Counted from the stretch's first letter, positions 28,685 to 38,972 are shown. The stretch: DNA of 43,542 nt from Candidatus Hadarchaeota archaeon (GCA_964452145.1 CAYVLA010000015.1:1-43542); one strand, 5' to 3'. The notes: a model not told the origin generated them from the letters alone. Numbers and translations: made by a program.

Positions 28685-29047
28685 ATGGAATCGAAGATCG
28701 ACGGTCCATCCAATCTGCCTGTGCTCGAATCCTCGAGCTTCAGGGCCTCGAAACTCAAGAAAGGGGGCAAAGTGCTACTGTTCCTGTACGCGAAGTGGTG
28801 TCCTTTCTGTCGCGCGGCCTGCAAGGAGACAGAGATCATCAGGGGAAACGCCCAGTACGAATCCTACGCCGTGGACCTCTCCGATGAGAGCAATCCCCTC
28901 TGGGAAGATCTTGGGGTGGAGATCGTCCCGACGCTGATAGGTTACGCGGATGGCGAGGAGATCCTGCGCAAAGAGGCCGAGAGATTCGTCGGCCTGAAGA
29001 GATCCGATTTCCAGGCCGCAGACCAGTTCATGAAAGAGATGAATTGA
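28685..29047 (+). CDS. Thioredoxin family protein
   Basis: LYAKWCPFC active site and cis-Pro VPTL. Confidence 0.9.
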   Translation: MESKIDGPSNLPVLESSSFRASKLKKGGKVLLFLYAKWCPFCRAACKETEIIRGNAQYESYAVDLSDESNPLWEDLGVEIVPTLIGYADGEEILRKEAERFVGLKRSDFQAADQFMKEMN

Positions 29048-29535
29048 CACCATCCGGAAATCAGATCGACATCCGAGGGATCCAGATGTATGCAGAGCGA
29101 GCCCACCCTGCCAGGGAGTCTTCCACCAAGGTACCGTCAGACAAGCTCTTGGACATCAAGGCCATTGAGGGGCGTCTCAGTCCTCACGATGCCTACCTCC
29201 GGGAGCAGATGGCACGTAGGAAGGTCTGCTTGGGCCTGGCAAAGGACCCGTCACAGATGGCATCCTACATCGGAGGAATCCTGGAAGCCCGGAGGGCGGA
29301 TGAGAAGTGGTGCATTGCCAAAGAGTTCTTCCCCGGAGTGCGGGTCCACATTCTTTTCAGGGCGGATGAGGAATTCGGCACACGCGCCGAGGCATTCTTT
29401 TCAGGCGATGCGGTTCTTGGCACCCCGGGGGAGGAGCTTGCCGAGATGGCGGTGCTCGCAGTCAACCGAATGATCAGGTACATCAGGTCGAGCACCCCCG
29501 AGGAGATGCTGCCCGAGGTGTGCAAGCGCATCTAG
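29044..29535 (+). CDS. DUF3786-like protein
   Basis: FPGVRVHILFRADEEFGTRAEAFFS...EELA resembles the DUF3786 DEEF signature; start overlaps the thioredoxin stop. Confidence 0.55.
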   Translation: MTPSGNQIDIRGIQMYAERAHPARESSTKVPSDKLLDIKAIEGRLSPHDAYLREQMARRKVCLGLAKDPSQMASYIGGILEARRADEKWCIAKEFFPGVRVHILFRADEEFGTRAEAFFSGDAVLGTPGEELAEMAVLAVNRMIRYIRSSTPEEMLPEVCKRI

Positions 29536-29558
29536 CCCAGGATGCCTGATGGGACAAC

Positions 29559-30413
29559 TCAGGTGCGGAGTTTGGCCATCGTCAGCGCGAAGAAGAGACC
29601 TCCGCCCATCGCCGTGTTGATGTATGGCCAGTACCAGTAGATGCTGTCGATGTCAAGACTCTCTTTCACAAGCATGACCAGAGGGATCACAGGATAGACG
29701 AACACCACCAGACTCGCCAAGTTGTATTGGCTCAGATGGATCACCAGAAGGGATAGCACCGCCCAGAAGGAGAAGCAAACAGCCAAGGACGCCCTCCTCC
29801 TGAGCAGGACGGCTGTGGTTGCAATCCCCGCCTTTCTGTCGTACTCGATGTCAGGGATTGCCGAGAAAAGGTGCATGGCGGAGGTGTGCATCACACCCGC
29901 CATGATCATGGGAAACACGGGCAGCGATCCGCTAGCCTGGTGGAAGCCCAGGATGCCGGGCATCACGTACAGGCCGTTGGACGCGAAGTCCAGAATCGGC
30001 TTGCTCTTAAGCCTCAACGGCTCCGAGCTGTAGAAGTATGAAAGCCCAAGGAACGACGCGAACAAGGCTCTTTCCAGAGCCGAATCCAAGGCAACAAGAA
30101 GGCCCAGGCTCAACAGGGCCACCAACGTCAACAGCCCCAGCAACTTCCTCCTGTCCTCGTGCTCCAGAAAGTTCTCCTTTTGAGATTTCTTGGGGTTGTC
30201 TCGGTCGGTCTTTTCATCCCAGTAGTCATTCACCCCATATAGGAAGATGTTCGCTGGCAGAAGGAAGTAGGCAAGGAATACGACGTAGGTCGGGGCCATC
30301 AAGTCTCTCCAGGTATCCATGCCCAAGGCATAGCCGACGACGTACGTGCCGGCCAGATAGATCCAGAATCGAAACCTGGATACCCTGAAAGCAAGCCTCA
30401 GAAGGCCAGTCAA
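29559..30413 (-). CDS. lyeJ: UbiA-family prenyltransferase, lycopene elongase type (LyeJ/CrtEb)
   Basis: SRFRFWIYLAG, PANIFLYGVNDYWD..TD..NPKK, YSSEPLRLK, HLFSAIPDIEYDR; directly after crtB. Confidence 0.82.
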   Translation of the reverse strand: MTGLLRLAFRVSRFRFWIYLAGTYVVGYALGMDTWRDLMAPTYVVFLAYFLLPANIFLYGVNDYWDEKTDRDNPKKSQKENFLEHEDRRKLLGLLTLVALLSLGLLVALDSALERALFASFLGLSYFYSSEPLRLKSKPILDFASNGLYVMPGILGFHQASGSLPVFPMIMAGVMHTSAMHLFSAIPDIEYDRKAGIATTAVLLRRRASLAVCFSFWAVLSLLVIHLSQYNLASLVVFVYPVIPLVMLVKESLDIDSIYWYWPYINTAMGGGLFFALTMAKLRT

Positions 30414-30419
30414 CCGAGA

Positions 30420-31310
30420 TCAAGCCGCCTGTTCGGACACCGAGAACAAGGAGTCCACACCGGTGTTCGAATCCAGATTGATATCGCTTATCGTCGCTGC
30501 GTTCAGGGTCGCCCGGGATACTATGCGCAGGATGGATGGCTTCACCTTCCTAGTGTACACGATGAAGGGATTCGCTGCGATCTGGTCAGCGGTCCAACTG
30601 TACATGTCCGAGGCGGTCTTTATCGGAATCAGGTACTTCCTAGGAATGTACGCAAACCCCTCCGCGGCGATGCGGAGCCAGGAACGGTAACGGCGGATCT
30701 GATCCCGGATGAACGCCCTGAACCTATCCGGATGTTGCGACGTCAGGTCGTGCGCAAGGCTTTCCAGGCCGAACCTCTCCATCTCGTCTCCGGGGAAGTA
30801 GGACCGTCCCAGTGCCAAGTCTTCTTCGATATCTCGTATGAAGTTGATGTACTGCATCGCTTTCCCCAGGTGCCTTGCCGCAGCGTAGGACTCATTTGGC
30901 AGATCCATGATCCGCGCCATCATCAAGCCTACTACCTCGGCCGATCCGTAAAGGTACCGGTCAAGCTGCTCGAAGGTGTCGTAGCTGGACACGCTGAGGT
31001 CGCTCTCCATCGAGCCGAGAAATGCATCGACCCACTGCGACCGGAAGCCCTTTCGATGCGCCAGGTCTGCGAAAAGATCTGTGACGAGATCGTCCGTGGG
31101 ACAGCCTTCCACGGCGCGGGCATATCCAGCCTTGAACTCCATAAACTCGTTGGCTCGCTGGGGAACTGAATCGACGAAATCATCGGCCTTTCTGACGAAG
31201 CCGTACAGAATCGAGACATCCTCCTTGATCTCCCGCGGGAAGAAGAGCGTGCTGTAGAAGTAGGTCTTGCTACCTTTCTTGAATATGGACTGTACTGCGG
31301 CATCTACCAT
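30420..31310 (-). CDS. crtB: Phytoene/squalene synthase
   Basis: GSKTYFYST, FVRKADDFVD, YLYGSAEVVG, LGKAMQYINFIRDIEED. Confidence 0.93.
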   Translation of the reverse strand: MVDAAVQSIFKKGSKTYFYSTLFFPREIKEDVSILYGFVRKADDFVDSVPQRANEFMEFKAGYARAVEGCPTDDLVTDLFADLAHRKGFRSQWVDAFLGSMESDLSVSSYDTFEQLDRYLYGSAEVVGLMMARIMDLPNESYAAARHLGKAMQYINFIRDIEEDLALGRSYFPGDEMERFGLESLAHDLTSQHPDRFRAFIRDQIRRYRSWLRIAAEGFAYIPRKYLIPIKTASDMYSWTADQIAANPFIVYTRKVKPSILRIVSRATLNAATISDINLDSNTGVDSLFSVSEQAA

Positions 31311-31336
31311 CTTCGGTTCACCACAAATGGGAGATC

Positions 31337-32824
31337 TCAGCGGCCGGCCTTCAGATGCTCATCCGATATCTCCTTGGCAACTATCTGGGAGCTGATCAGA
31401 GTCATCGGAACCCCTATGCCGGGATGCGTGTACTGCCCTGTGTAGTAGAGGTTCCTGACCTTTTTGCTCTTATGGTGGGGCCTGAACAGGGCCGTCTGCA
31501 TCAGGGTGTGAGTAAGCCCAAGCGCGGTGCCTTTGTAGGCGTTGTAGCGCTGGGCAAAGTCGTTCACGGTGAAGACCCTCTTCAGGACTATGTGGTCACG
31601 AAGGCCCTCCCCTAGCCGGGCCTCCAGGTCGTTCATTATCTGTTCGAGGAACGATTGCCGGATGGCTTCATTATCCTGCAGGCCTGGTGCTACGGGCACA
31701 AGGAGGAAGATCGTCTCGCACCCTTCTGGGGCGAATGCCGGGTCCGTCCTTGACGGACTGTTTATGTAGTAGGAGGGGCTCTTCGGCCAGGATGGCTTGA
31801 CTCGGTCAAACAGCTCATCGAATCCTCGTTCCCAGTCCTTGTCAAGGAAGAGAGTGTGGTGGGCAATGCTTTCAAGCTTCTTGTTCAGGCCCAGGTAGGC
31901 GATGAAAGCAGATGGGGCAAGGATCTTCTTCTCCCAGTACTTCTGCGGATACGTCTGGTGTGTTTGGTCGAGCAGCTGGGTCTCGACGAAGGCGTAATCG
32001 GCGTTGGCCACCACCAGATCAGCCTCCAGCGTCTCCTTCTCGGTCACCACCTCTGTTGCCGTTTTGCCCTCGACCTCGATCTTCGTAACCGGCTCGTTGA
32101 GTCTGAACTCCGCTCCTTCCGAGACTGCTAGGTCGTGGATCGCCTCGGCAACCTTGCCTATCCCGCCCTTTGGGAACCACACGCCCATCTTGAAGTCGAT
32201 GTATGACATGATGTGGTATAGTGCTGGTGTAACCTTGGGGGAGCCGCCGAGGAATCCTATGGAATACTCGACGATCTTCTTAGCCTTGTCGCTGTCGAAG
32301 TAGCCGTTCACGAAGCGATCCAGGTTCTCCAAGATCATCGGTAGCTGGACTCCGCCAGCCAGCATGTCGCGGTTGAAGAAGTCAAGCAGCGATCCATAGT
32401 CCTTGTACATCAAATCTCTCATTGATCTCTGGTATTTCTCCTCGGCGCTCTCCAGATAGGCTTTGAGTTTCTCCCCGCCCTTCTCTTCGAGCTTATCAAA
32501 GAGGGCGTAGTTTGCCTCCAGGTCCTTTGAGACATCGAGTCGGGTGCCGTCCCCGAAGTATATTCGATAATGGGGCTCGAGCCTGTCCAGCGGGAAGAGG
32601 TCCTCCGGCTTCTTGCCGAACTCCTGAAAGAACCTCTCGAATATGTCCGGCATCAGGTACCAGGAGGGCCCCATATCGAAGGTGAAGCCACCCTCCCTGT
32701 ACACGCTGGCTCTGCCCCCGATCTGCTCGTTCTTCTCAACCACCGTGACGTCGAATCCATCCCTAGCCAGCAATGCGGCCACGGATAGACCGCCGAATCC
32801 AGCACCGATCACAACGACCTTCAA
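31337..32824 (-). CDS. crtI: Phytoene desaturase
   Basis: VIGAGFGGL, GGRA...FDMGPSWY, PKGG, GQYTHPGIGVPMTLIS; start 32824-32836. Confidence 0.93.
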   Translation of the reverse strand: MKVVVIGAGFGGLSVAALLARDGFDVTVVEKNEQIGGRASVYREGGFTFDMGPSWYLMPDIFERFFQEFGKKPEDLFPLDRLEPHYRIYFGDGTRLDVSKDLEANYALFDKLEEKGGEKLKAYLESAEEKYQRSMRDLMYKDYGSLLDFFNRDMLAGGVQLPMILENLDRFVNGYFDSDKAKKIVEYSIGFLGGSPKVTPALYHIMSYIDFKMGVWFPKGGIGKVAEAIHDLAVSEGAEFRLNEPVTKIEVEGKTATEVVTEKETLEADLVVANADYAFVETQLLDQTHQTYPQKYWEKKILAPSAFIAYLGLNKKLESIAHHTLFLDKDWERGFDELFDRVKPSWPKSPSYYINSPSRTDPAFAPEGCETIFLLVPVAPGLQDNEAIRQSFLEQIMNDLEARLGEGLRDHIVLKRVFTVNDFAQRYNAYKGTALGLTHTLMQTALFRPHHKSKKVRNLYYTGQYTHPGIGVPMTLISSQIVAKEISDEHLKAGR

Positions 32825-32938
32825 GCAAATCAACATCTACAGGTTGGCCGCGATTTTTCGGCTTCCTTAAAAATGAGTTTGCAATGCATGAAATACGCCG
32901 CTTTGAGGCATTCTGCCCCAACGGGTCCAGCGCTCCCG

Positions 32939-32951
32939 GATAACGTTTATC
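32939..32951 (+). promoter_or_regulatory. BRE/TATA-like promoter
   Basis: GATAACGTTTATC, ~37 nt upstream of TTG 32988. Confidence 0.4.
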
Positions 32952-32987
32952 TTGGCAATTACTCCCCCCACGGCAAAGGTGCGATGC

Positions 32988-35054
32988 TTGATAGCAAATC
33001 CGGGCTTTGAGGAAGTGAAAGATGGGTCGCCTCTTCACTGGAGACTGGAGGGCGGAAGCCCGCGTCAGTACCTGCAGAAAGAGGAAGCCCACAGCGGCGA
33101 CTACTGTCTGGCACTTAGACCCACGGGTTCCAGACTGTCATGGTCATCAGCCCCCACAGCGATAAAGCCCTCCAAGAAGTACGGACTGAGCTGGTATACG
33201 AGGATCGACGGGACGAAGCCCTGGCACTACACATACCTGACCAGGTTCACGGGCCTGGAGCTGGAGTTCGCAGCTAAGGCGGGTTCTCCGATCTCCACGG
33301 AAACAAGACGGATGAGATGTCTGAGAACGGATGGCTGGAGGAAGGCCTGGATCACATTCTCCTCGCCTCAGGGGGCAGAACGGCTCACGATCCGATTCGT
33401 GCTGGACTCGCCCACGCACATAGACATGGTGATGAACGTGGATGATGTGGGTCTTGAGGAAGTGCCCCCCGGGCTGCCGCCGGGGCTGGGCAGGATCATT
33501 GTCCAAGCCCGAGCGGACGGAGGTAGCCCAACCCCTGCCCGCTTCTTCGTCAAGGATTCATCAGGCGAGCCGAGATGGCCTAAATACTCGTATCCCTTCA
33601 AGTCGGGGCTCTTCTACCACCTAAATGACCTCTGCCTCAACTACCTTGATCTCCCGCCGGACAGGTATACCATCCGGGCCACCAAGGGGCCGGAGTTCGA
33701 GGCCGCCGAGGAGGAAGTAGCGCTGAGCGAGGGAGAGGTCCGATCGTTGGAGATGAGGCTGGAACGCCTGTACCCGCAGGGAAAGAATGATTGGCTCTCA
33801 GGAGATCATCACGTCCACCTCTTCTTCCACAAGCACTCGATCCATCCGCAGATGACGATCGACGATGTGACGAAGATCGCCAAGGGAGAGGGACTCAACT
33901 TCGTCTCCTTCTGCGGCGAGTGGAGCGAATTCACGGCCAACATGGGCAACTACGAGCTCGCCCGGGATGATGAATTCATCGGGCAGGTGGGCTTGGAATC
34001 CGTCAACGACTTCTACGGCCACCTCTGCACGATGGGCTGGACGCGAGTCCCGGACCAAGGGATCCCGATGCGATGCGTGCCGTGGCCCATGAACACAGAT
34101 ACCATACAGACACTGGAGGAGATGGGCGGAGCATGGATCCATGCACACCCCGTCGACCGGGTGGAACCAGGAAGGATCGTCGAAGCGATGGGAAATCCTG
34201 AAAGGCTGTCAAACGCACGCGAGCTACCCGTGATCCTGGCCCTCGGACACAGGACCAATCTTGACTTGCTCTGCCATGCGGATCCGGGCGGAGCCAAGCT
34301 GATAACGGATGAGTACTATCGTCTGCTTAACATGGGTTTCAAGATCGGCGCTACCGCATCGACGGATTTCTACGTGGACCAGGCTAGGGGTACGCCCGGC
34401 CACAACCGGACCTATGTCAGGGCTTCCTCACTGGACTTTGCCTCCATAATGGAGGGTTACAGGAATGGTAGGACCTTCGCCACGAACGGGCCCCTGGTTG
34501 ACCTTCAGATCAACGGGGCCAAGGTGGGAGATGAGCTGTATCTGTCCGAAGGCGGACATGTCCTGAAAGTCAGGCTCGTGGCCTTCTCCCGTATGGGGCT
34601 GGATAGGGCCAAGGTGATCGTCAACGGCAGTGTCCACAGAACCATTCAGGCAAGAGGAAGATGGATAACGGACCAGTTCGACATGCCCGTTCAGGAGAGC
34701 TCATGGGTCGTAGCCCACGTCGAGGGGCCGGTCGATGATGATGTCGAACCTTGGGATCTGACGCCCGACCAGCGGAACCTGAAGAACCAGTTCGCACACA
34801 CCTCGCCGATCTACATCAACGTAGCGGACCGGCCTATCAGGCCCAGCAAGAAGGATGTCCAGTTCCTTCTCGAATGGCTGGACGCAGCACGAAGAGCGTT
34901 CCACTCCCTTGACCGGCTCTGGCAGGGCTACCCGGATGAACCATACCTTGTCAGCGCCTACTCCATGGCTGACAGGAAGAGGATTACCAGAGCCTTTGAT
35001 GAAAGGTTGAGTACTGCCAGGGAAGCTCTGATGCGACTCGCGGGTCCTCTCTGA
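32988..35054 (+). CDS. CehA/McbA-family (PHP-fold) metallohydrolase with an N-terminal carbohydrate-binding-like domain
   Basis: NPGFEE...DDV CBM-like domain; KGPEF, WLSGDHHVH, HAHP, ASTD, RTYV, GRTFATNGP, AHTSPIY. Confidence 0.85.
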   Translation: MIANPGFEEVKDGSPLHWRLEGGSPRQYLQKEEAHSGDYCLALRPTGSRLSWSSAPTAIKPSKKYGLSWYTRIDGTKPWHYTYLTRFTGLELEFAAKAGSPISTETRRMRCLRTDGWRKAWITFSSPQGAERLTIRFVLDSPTHIDMVMNVDDVGLEEVPPGLPPGLGRIIVQARADGGSPTPARFFVKDSSGEPRWPKYSYPFKSGLFYHLNDLCLNYLDLPPDRYTIRATKGPEFEAAEEEVALSEGEVRSLEMRLERLYPQGKNDWLSGDHHVHLFFHKHSIHPQMTIDDVTKIAKGEGLNFVSFCGEWSEFTANMGNYELARDDEFIGQVGLESVNDFYGHLCTMGWTRVPDQGIPMRCVPWPMNTDTIQTLEEMGGAWIHAHPVDRVEPGRIVEAMGNPERLSNARELPVILALGHRTNLDLLCHADPGGAKLITDEYYRLLNMGFKIGATASTDFYVDQARGTPGHNRTYVRASSLDFASIMEGYRNGRTFATNGPLVDLQINGAKVGDELYLSEGGHVLKVRLVAFSRMGLDRAKVIVNGSVHRTIQARGRWITDQFDMPVQESSWVVAHVEGPVDDDVEPWDLTPDQRNLKNQFAHTSPIYINVADRPIRPSKKDVQFLLEWLDAARRAFHSLDRLWQGYPDEPYLVSAYSMADRKRITRAFDERLSTAREALMRLAGPL

Positions 35055-35137
35055 GCATGATCTCACAGCCTCCTTGGCTGGTCTCACGACCTCTATGACA
35101 CGGTCTCATCCAAGCCGCCAAGGAGATCTCCATGCTC
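35053..35137. terminator. Long interrupted hairpin between convergent genes (possible terminator or stability element)
   Basis: GAGCATG (35053-59) / CATGCTC (35131-37) and CTCCTTGGC (35070-78) / GCCAAGGAG (35117-25). Confidence 0.45.
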
Positions 35138-35219
35138 CGTGGTTCCGGGTTTGAACAATGCTAGCTTCGCGCAAGTGCGGTAGGCGGACTGTTGCACCAA
35201 CCGGGCGGATGGGCTTCGG

Positions 35220-37856
35220 TCATGAAAGCCGGTATCTGATGGTGACAGGGCAGTCGCGCGCAACGCGCAGAGGCTCTGCGAAGCAGAGCGTCAGATCACC
35301 CCGGCAATCAATCTCGCTGGTGTAATCCTCCACCAAGGCTCCCGCGATCTCTATCTCCTCGATCTCTCTACGTCCACCCGCTTTCAGCAGCAGCTCCCTG
35401 ATATCAAAGTCCTCATCGAGCGTGATCTCTAGTTCGACCTCGAAGGCCTCGCCCCCGGCTTCCCTGTATCTGGCGCAACCCCAGAACGTCGCAGTAACGA
35501 TTGGGGAGACGAAACCCGATTTCCATTGGTCGGGTATGCTGGGTCTGAAACCGAGTACCCCGCCTCGGGTATCTACGAAGAAACCCTGTAGAGCCCATAG
35601 TATATGCCAGATGGAGCCTGAGTTCATGTACCTGTCTCCCCTTGGTCTGTGCTCGGGGGACAGTCCGATGGGCTGATTCCATATCATATTGAACTTGCGA
35701 TACAGTAGATCGTGGATCCCCTTCACCGAGGGCAGCCCCAGTTCGGGGTAACCGTATTGGATGGCCAGGGATCCGAAGTGTCCGACATTGTACCCCGGCC
35801 AGTTGGAGTCGACCAGCTCGCTTTGGCGGATCAGGATGCCAGTCTCCGACACCTCCCTTCTCAGGAGCTTCCCCATGCTCTCAATGGCCTTTTTCACCCT
35901 GCTCGGGTCATTGACGGGACCCTCATTCAGGAACTCCGAGTACCAGTTTCCGATCAGCTGGTCGTCTCTGCATTGATCGTTTCTGGGGTTCTCCCTCTTC
36001 TTGAGATATCGTGGATCCTCATCCTTAAGCTCTTCTTCGCTGCGTGGATCCGATCTCTCGGTACACATAATGTAATGCCCCTTCTCCTCGTTCCACAACT
36101 TGGCCTCAAAGCTGGCCTTCGCCAGAGTGAAGATCCGCTCGTACTTTTCAGCCTCCGAGTTTTCGCCGAGCAGCCTGGCAATCCGGGGGTAGACCTTGAG
36201 TGCGGCGAGCCAAAGCCCGCCATCGTAGGAGTTGGCACCGTAGAAATGTCCCTCGTATGTGTTGCAGTTGCCGTATCCCTCGGGCAAATAGTCTCCGTCC
36301 CTGTCAAGGGATAGCTCCCGTTCCATCGCTTCGCGGATCTTGTAGTAGATCTCCTTCAGGCTGTCCATGTTCCCCGTGTAGAGGTAGTTCCTCCAGCACA
36401 GTAGGACGAACTTCGGATTGAGATCGATCCAGTTGTAGCCATAGTTGTTCGGAAAGTCCATTCTGTTGTTACCGAAGTCGTGGTAGATCTGACCCTTGTA
36501 CTTGCCCAGCTTCTCGAACATCCTGTCCGAAAACTCGGCATACATCAGCAGCTCCCGGTGATCCAGATCGGGGCAGAATAACATGGTCATCGGTGATCCG
36601 TAGAACCGCTGATCGAGCGTGCCTAAGCAGGGGCAATTCGGGGACTCCAGTATGGTGAACCTGCCGTCCTTGGTGTGAGTCATGTTGGTCGAAAGGAGGT
36701 AGTTCTGGTTGATCAGCATCTCCTGCAACCAGACGGGCAGCGTGCTTGCCATGATCAGTTCCTGCCAGCCCTCGACCTGCTCCAGCAGGCCATCGACGAG
36801 TTCCAGGTTGCTTCTCAGCACATCAACCGAGGAGGAGTAGAAGTTGGCATACCAATGGCCCATCTTCTTTCCGGCGAAATCGTAGGGCGTGGCAACACGG
36901 CTCGGGATGTCCCCCGCTCCGAACCCCCAGCGGTCAGGGGTGTACCAGCTGAGAGCGAAGACCATCCTAGCAGACTCTCCTGCCCACAAGGAGAACGATG
37001 ACCCAACCATCGTGGCGCTCTGGCCAGGTCGATTCTCCAGCCTTGTTGGCAGGGACGCATTCCTGCAGAGTTCGTCCACCATCCGGGAAAGCTCTGGCTT
37101 GTCTGCGGGGTCATACTGGTACATGAACTTGTGGAACAAAGAATCCACAACGAGGGTGTAATCGCCGTACGCGAAGTCGGCCACCTCGGGGTGCTTGTCG
37201 CGGTGGTTGAAGGTGACGCCGACCGAAGATGGCGATATCGTTGCCTCCTCAACCCAGCCACGGTCCTTTGAGTAGTGCGGCTCCGTGGGCGGAACGAAGT
37301 CATCCCAGCTCACCTTTGATCCCCAACACCCGTTGACGTCTTCCCACGAGAAGCATACACTGCCATCGATCTTCTCCTGTGTGGGATTCTTGATGTCGAA
37401 GATGAAGAAAGCCACGGGAAGGCTGGAGGCATCCACGCACCTAGGGATCACAGGGGAGAAAGCCGTGAGGCTGACCTTGAGTGGTATATCCTCCAAGGTG
37501 TACTCCACCATGCATCTAGGGTACAGTCCCCGGTATCCTATCTGGGACGCTTTGATGAGGACCTCGGAGGGCAGAACATCCGAGCTGGTCTGAAGGACCC
37601 TCACCGCTGAGGACAAGCCCCATCTTGCCGCAACGGCGAAGAAGGTCCCCGGCATGCCGTCGATGGGAAAGACGTTGTTATTGTTTACGGTGAAGTGGTG
37701 AAGGGCGCCATCCGGGCAGAGCTCGATCTTCCCGGTCCCGATGCCTCCTAGCGGTACCCCCGAGATACTCTTCGGATTCCCAGGGTCATGGTCGGCGACC
37801 TTAACCGACCCGGCCGGGCTCTCAAGAAACTGATCATACACGGTCCTTGGCTCCAT
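35220..37856 (-). CDS. Glycoside hydrolase family 116 protein
   Basis: GVPLGGIGTGKI, FSPVIP...SSLPV, ILESPNC, TLDQRFYGS, DRDGD, NSYDGGLWLAAL, DQLIGNWY; GGAGG SD before ATG 37856. Confidence 0.9.
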   Translation of the reverse strand: MEPRTVYDQFLESPAGSVKVADHDPGNPKSISGVPLGGIGTGKIELCPDGALHHFTVNNNNVFPIDGMPGTFFAVAARWGLSSAVRVLQTSSDVLPSEVLIKASQIGYRGLYPRCMVEYTLEDIPLKVSLTAFSPVIPRCVDASSLPVAFFIFDIKNPTQEKIDGSVCFSWEDVNGCWGSKVSWDDFVPPTEPHYSKDRGWVEEATISPSSVGVTFNHRDKHPEVADFAYGDYTLVVDSLFHKFMYQYDPADKPELSRMVDELCRNASLPTRLENRPGQSATMVGSSFSLWAGESARMVFALSWYTPDRWGFGAGDIPSRVATPYDFAGKKMGHWYANFYSSSVDVLRSNLELVDGLLEQVEGWQELIMASTLPVWLQEMLINQNYLLSTNMTHTKDGRFTILESPNCPCLGTLDQRFYGSPMTMLFCPDLDHRELLMYAEFSDRMFEKLGKYKGQIYHDFGNNRMDFPNNYGYNWIDLNPKFVLLCWRNYLYTGNMDSLKEIYYKIREAMERELSLDRDGDYLPEGYGNCNTYEGHFYGANSYDGGLWLAALKVYPRIARLLGENSEAEKYERIFTLAKASFEAKLWNEEKGHYIMCTERSDPRSEEELKDEDPRYLKKRENPRNDQCRDDQLIGNWYSEFLNEGPVNDPSRVKKAIESMGKLLRREVSETGILIRQSELVDSNWPGYNVGHFGSLAIQYGYPELGLPSVKGIHDLLYRKFNMIWNQPIGLSPEHRPRGDRYMNSGSIWHILWALQGFFVDTRGGVLGFRPSIPDQWKSGFVSPIVTATFWGCARYREAGGEAFEVELEITLDEDFDIRELLLKAGGRREIEEIEIAGALVEDYTSEIDCRGDLTLCFAEPLRVARDCPVTIRYRLS

Positions 37857-37982
37857 TTCAAAGCCTCCGGAGGCATTGCTGGCCATTCGGATGAAAAATG
37901 TGTGTTCGGTGCTCGGTTGGGCCGGCTTTAGAACAAACAACAAACGGAATCACAAATAAGGGGGTCGGCTATGAGGAGGCTC

Positions 37983-38972
37983 ATGGAGAAGCGCAGACTC
38001 GGCAGGACGGACATGGAGGTATCTCGGCTGTCATTCGGGGGGCTCTTCGTCTCCAGGGTCGGGGGCGAATATGAAAGATCCCGAGATGCACTCCTGAAAG
38101 GCCTCGAGCTTGGGGTCAACTACTTCGACACAGCGCCCACCTACGCCAACAGCGAGGAGGTGATAGGGCGCGCCTTAGGCGATTCCGATGCAGATTACTA
38201 CTTATCGACCAAGCTTGGCGGGCGCCCCGATCCCTTCGATCCGCGTAACAAGGACCACCTGCGAAGCAGCTTGGAGAAGAGCCTAGAGTTTCTCAAGCGG
38301 GACTACGTGGACATACTGATGATACACGAACCTGAGCGACCCGGTCAGTACGACTGGTTCGAAAGCTGGAATCCTGTCAGCGGGCCTGTGTGCGAGTTTC
38401 TTGAGGAATGCAAGGAGGAGGGACTCATACGCTACTCGGGCCTTGGCGGAACCACCGTTCACGAGATGGCTTACATCGTCAAGCATGGGGAGTTCGACGT
38501 TGTGCTTACGGCCTTCAACAGCAGCCTTCTCTGGAGGGAGGCGATGTATACAACCATCCCGGCTGCCAGGGAGAAGGGCATGGGGGTGATATCCGGATCC
38601 CCCCTGCAACAAGGGTGGCTCTCGCGTCGGTACGAAGATGCGCTGCGCAACCCGCCCCCCTGGTTGTCGCCCGCGAGGCGAAACCAGCTGCTCCGCCTCT
38701 ACGATTTGCTTGACGACACCGGCATGTCAATAGCCGAGGTTGCCCTGAGGTTCGCGCTTTCCGATCCCGCGATCGACACGGTCCTGATGGGAGCCAGATC
38801 GGCTGAGGAGGTGGAGAAAAACGTGCAGGCGGCGGAGGCCGGGGCGCTGCCCAAACATATCCGGCAGGAGCTCGATGAGATATACGAGATGGTACCTCTT
38901 CGTCCGTGCGAGGAACCGATGAGTTGCGCCTTGGCAAGCTCAAAATACCGCGGTCCAGGGCGTCTTCGCTAG
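37983..38972 (+). CDS. Aldo/keto reductase
   Basis: RRLGRT, GVNYFDTAPTY..SEE.IG, STK, SL..LK.DYVD...IH, SPLQQG. Confidence 0.93.
   Translation: MEKRRLGRTDMEVSRLSFGGLFVSRVGGEYERSRDALLKGLELGVNYFDTAPTYANSEEVIGRALGDSDADYYLSTKLGGRPDPFDPRNKDHLRSSLEKSLEFLKRDYVDILMIHEPERPGQYDWFESWNPVSGPVCEFLEECKEEGLIRYSGLGGTTVHEMAYIVKHGEFDVVLTAFNSSLLWREAMYTTIPAAREKGMGVISGSPLQQGWLSRRYEDALRNPPPWLSPARRNQLLRLYDLLDDTGMSIAEVALRFALSDPAIDTVLMGARSAEEVEKNVQAAEAGALPKHIRQELDEIYEMVPLRPCEEPMSCALASSKYRGPGRLR

Noticed and set aside
17940..35080. Shared intergenic 11-mer CTCCTTGGCTG (17940 and 35070)
   Set aside because: Matches of this length are expected by chance in 43 kb, and the contexts differ
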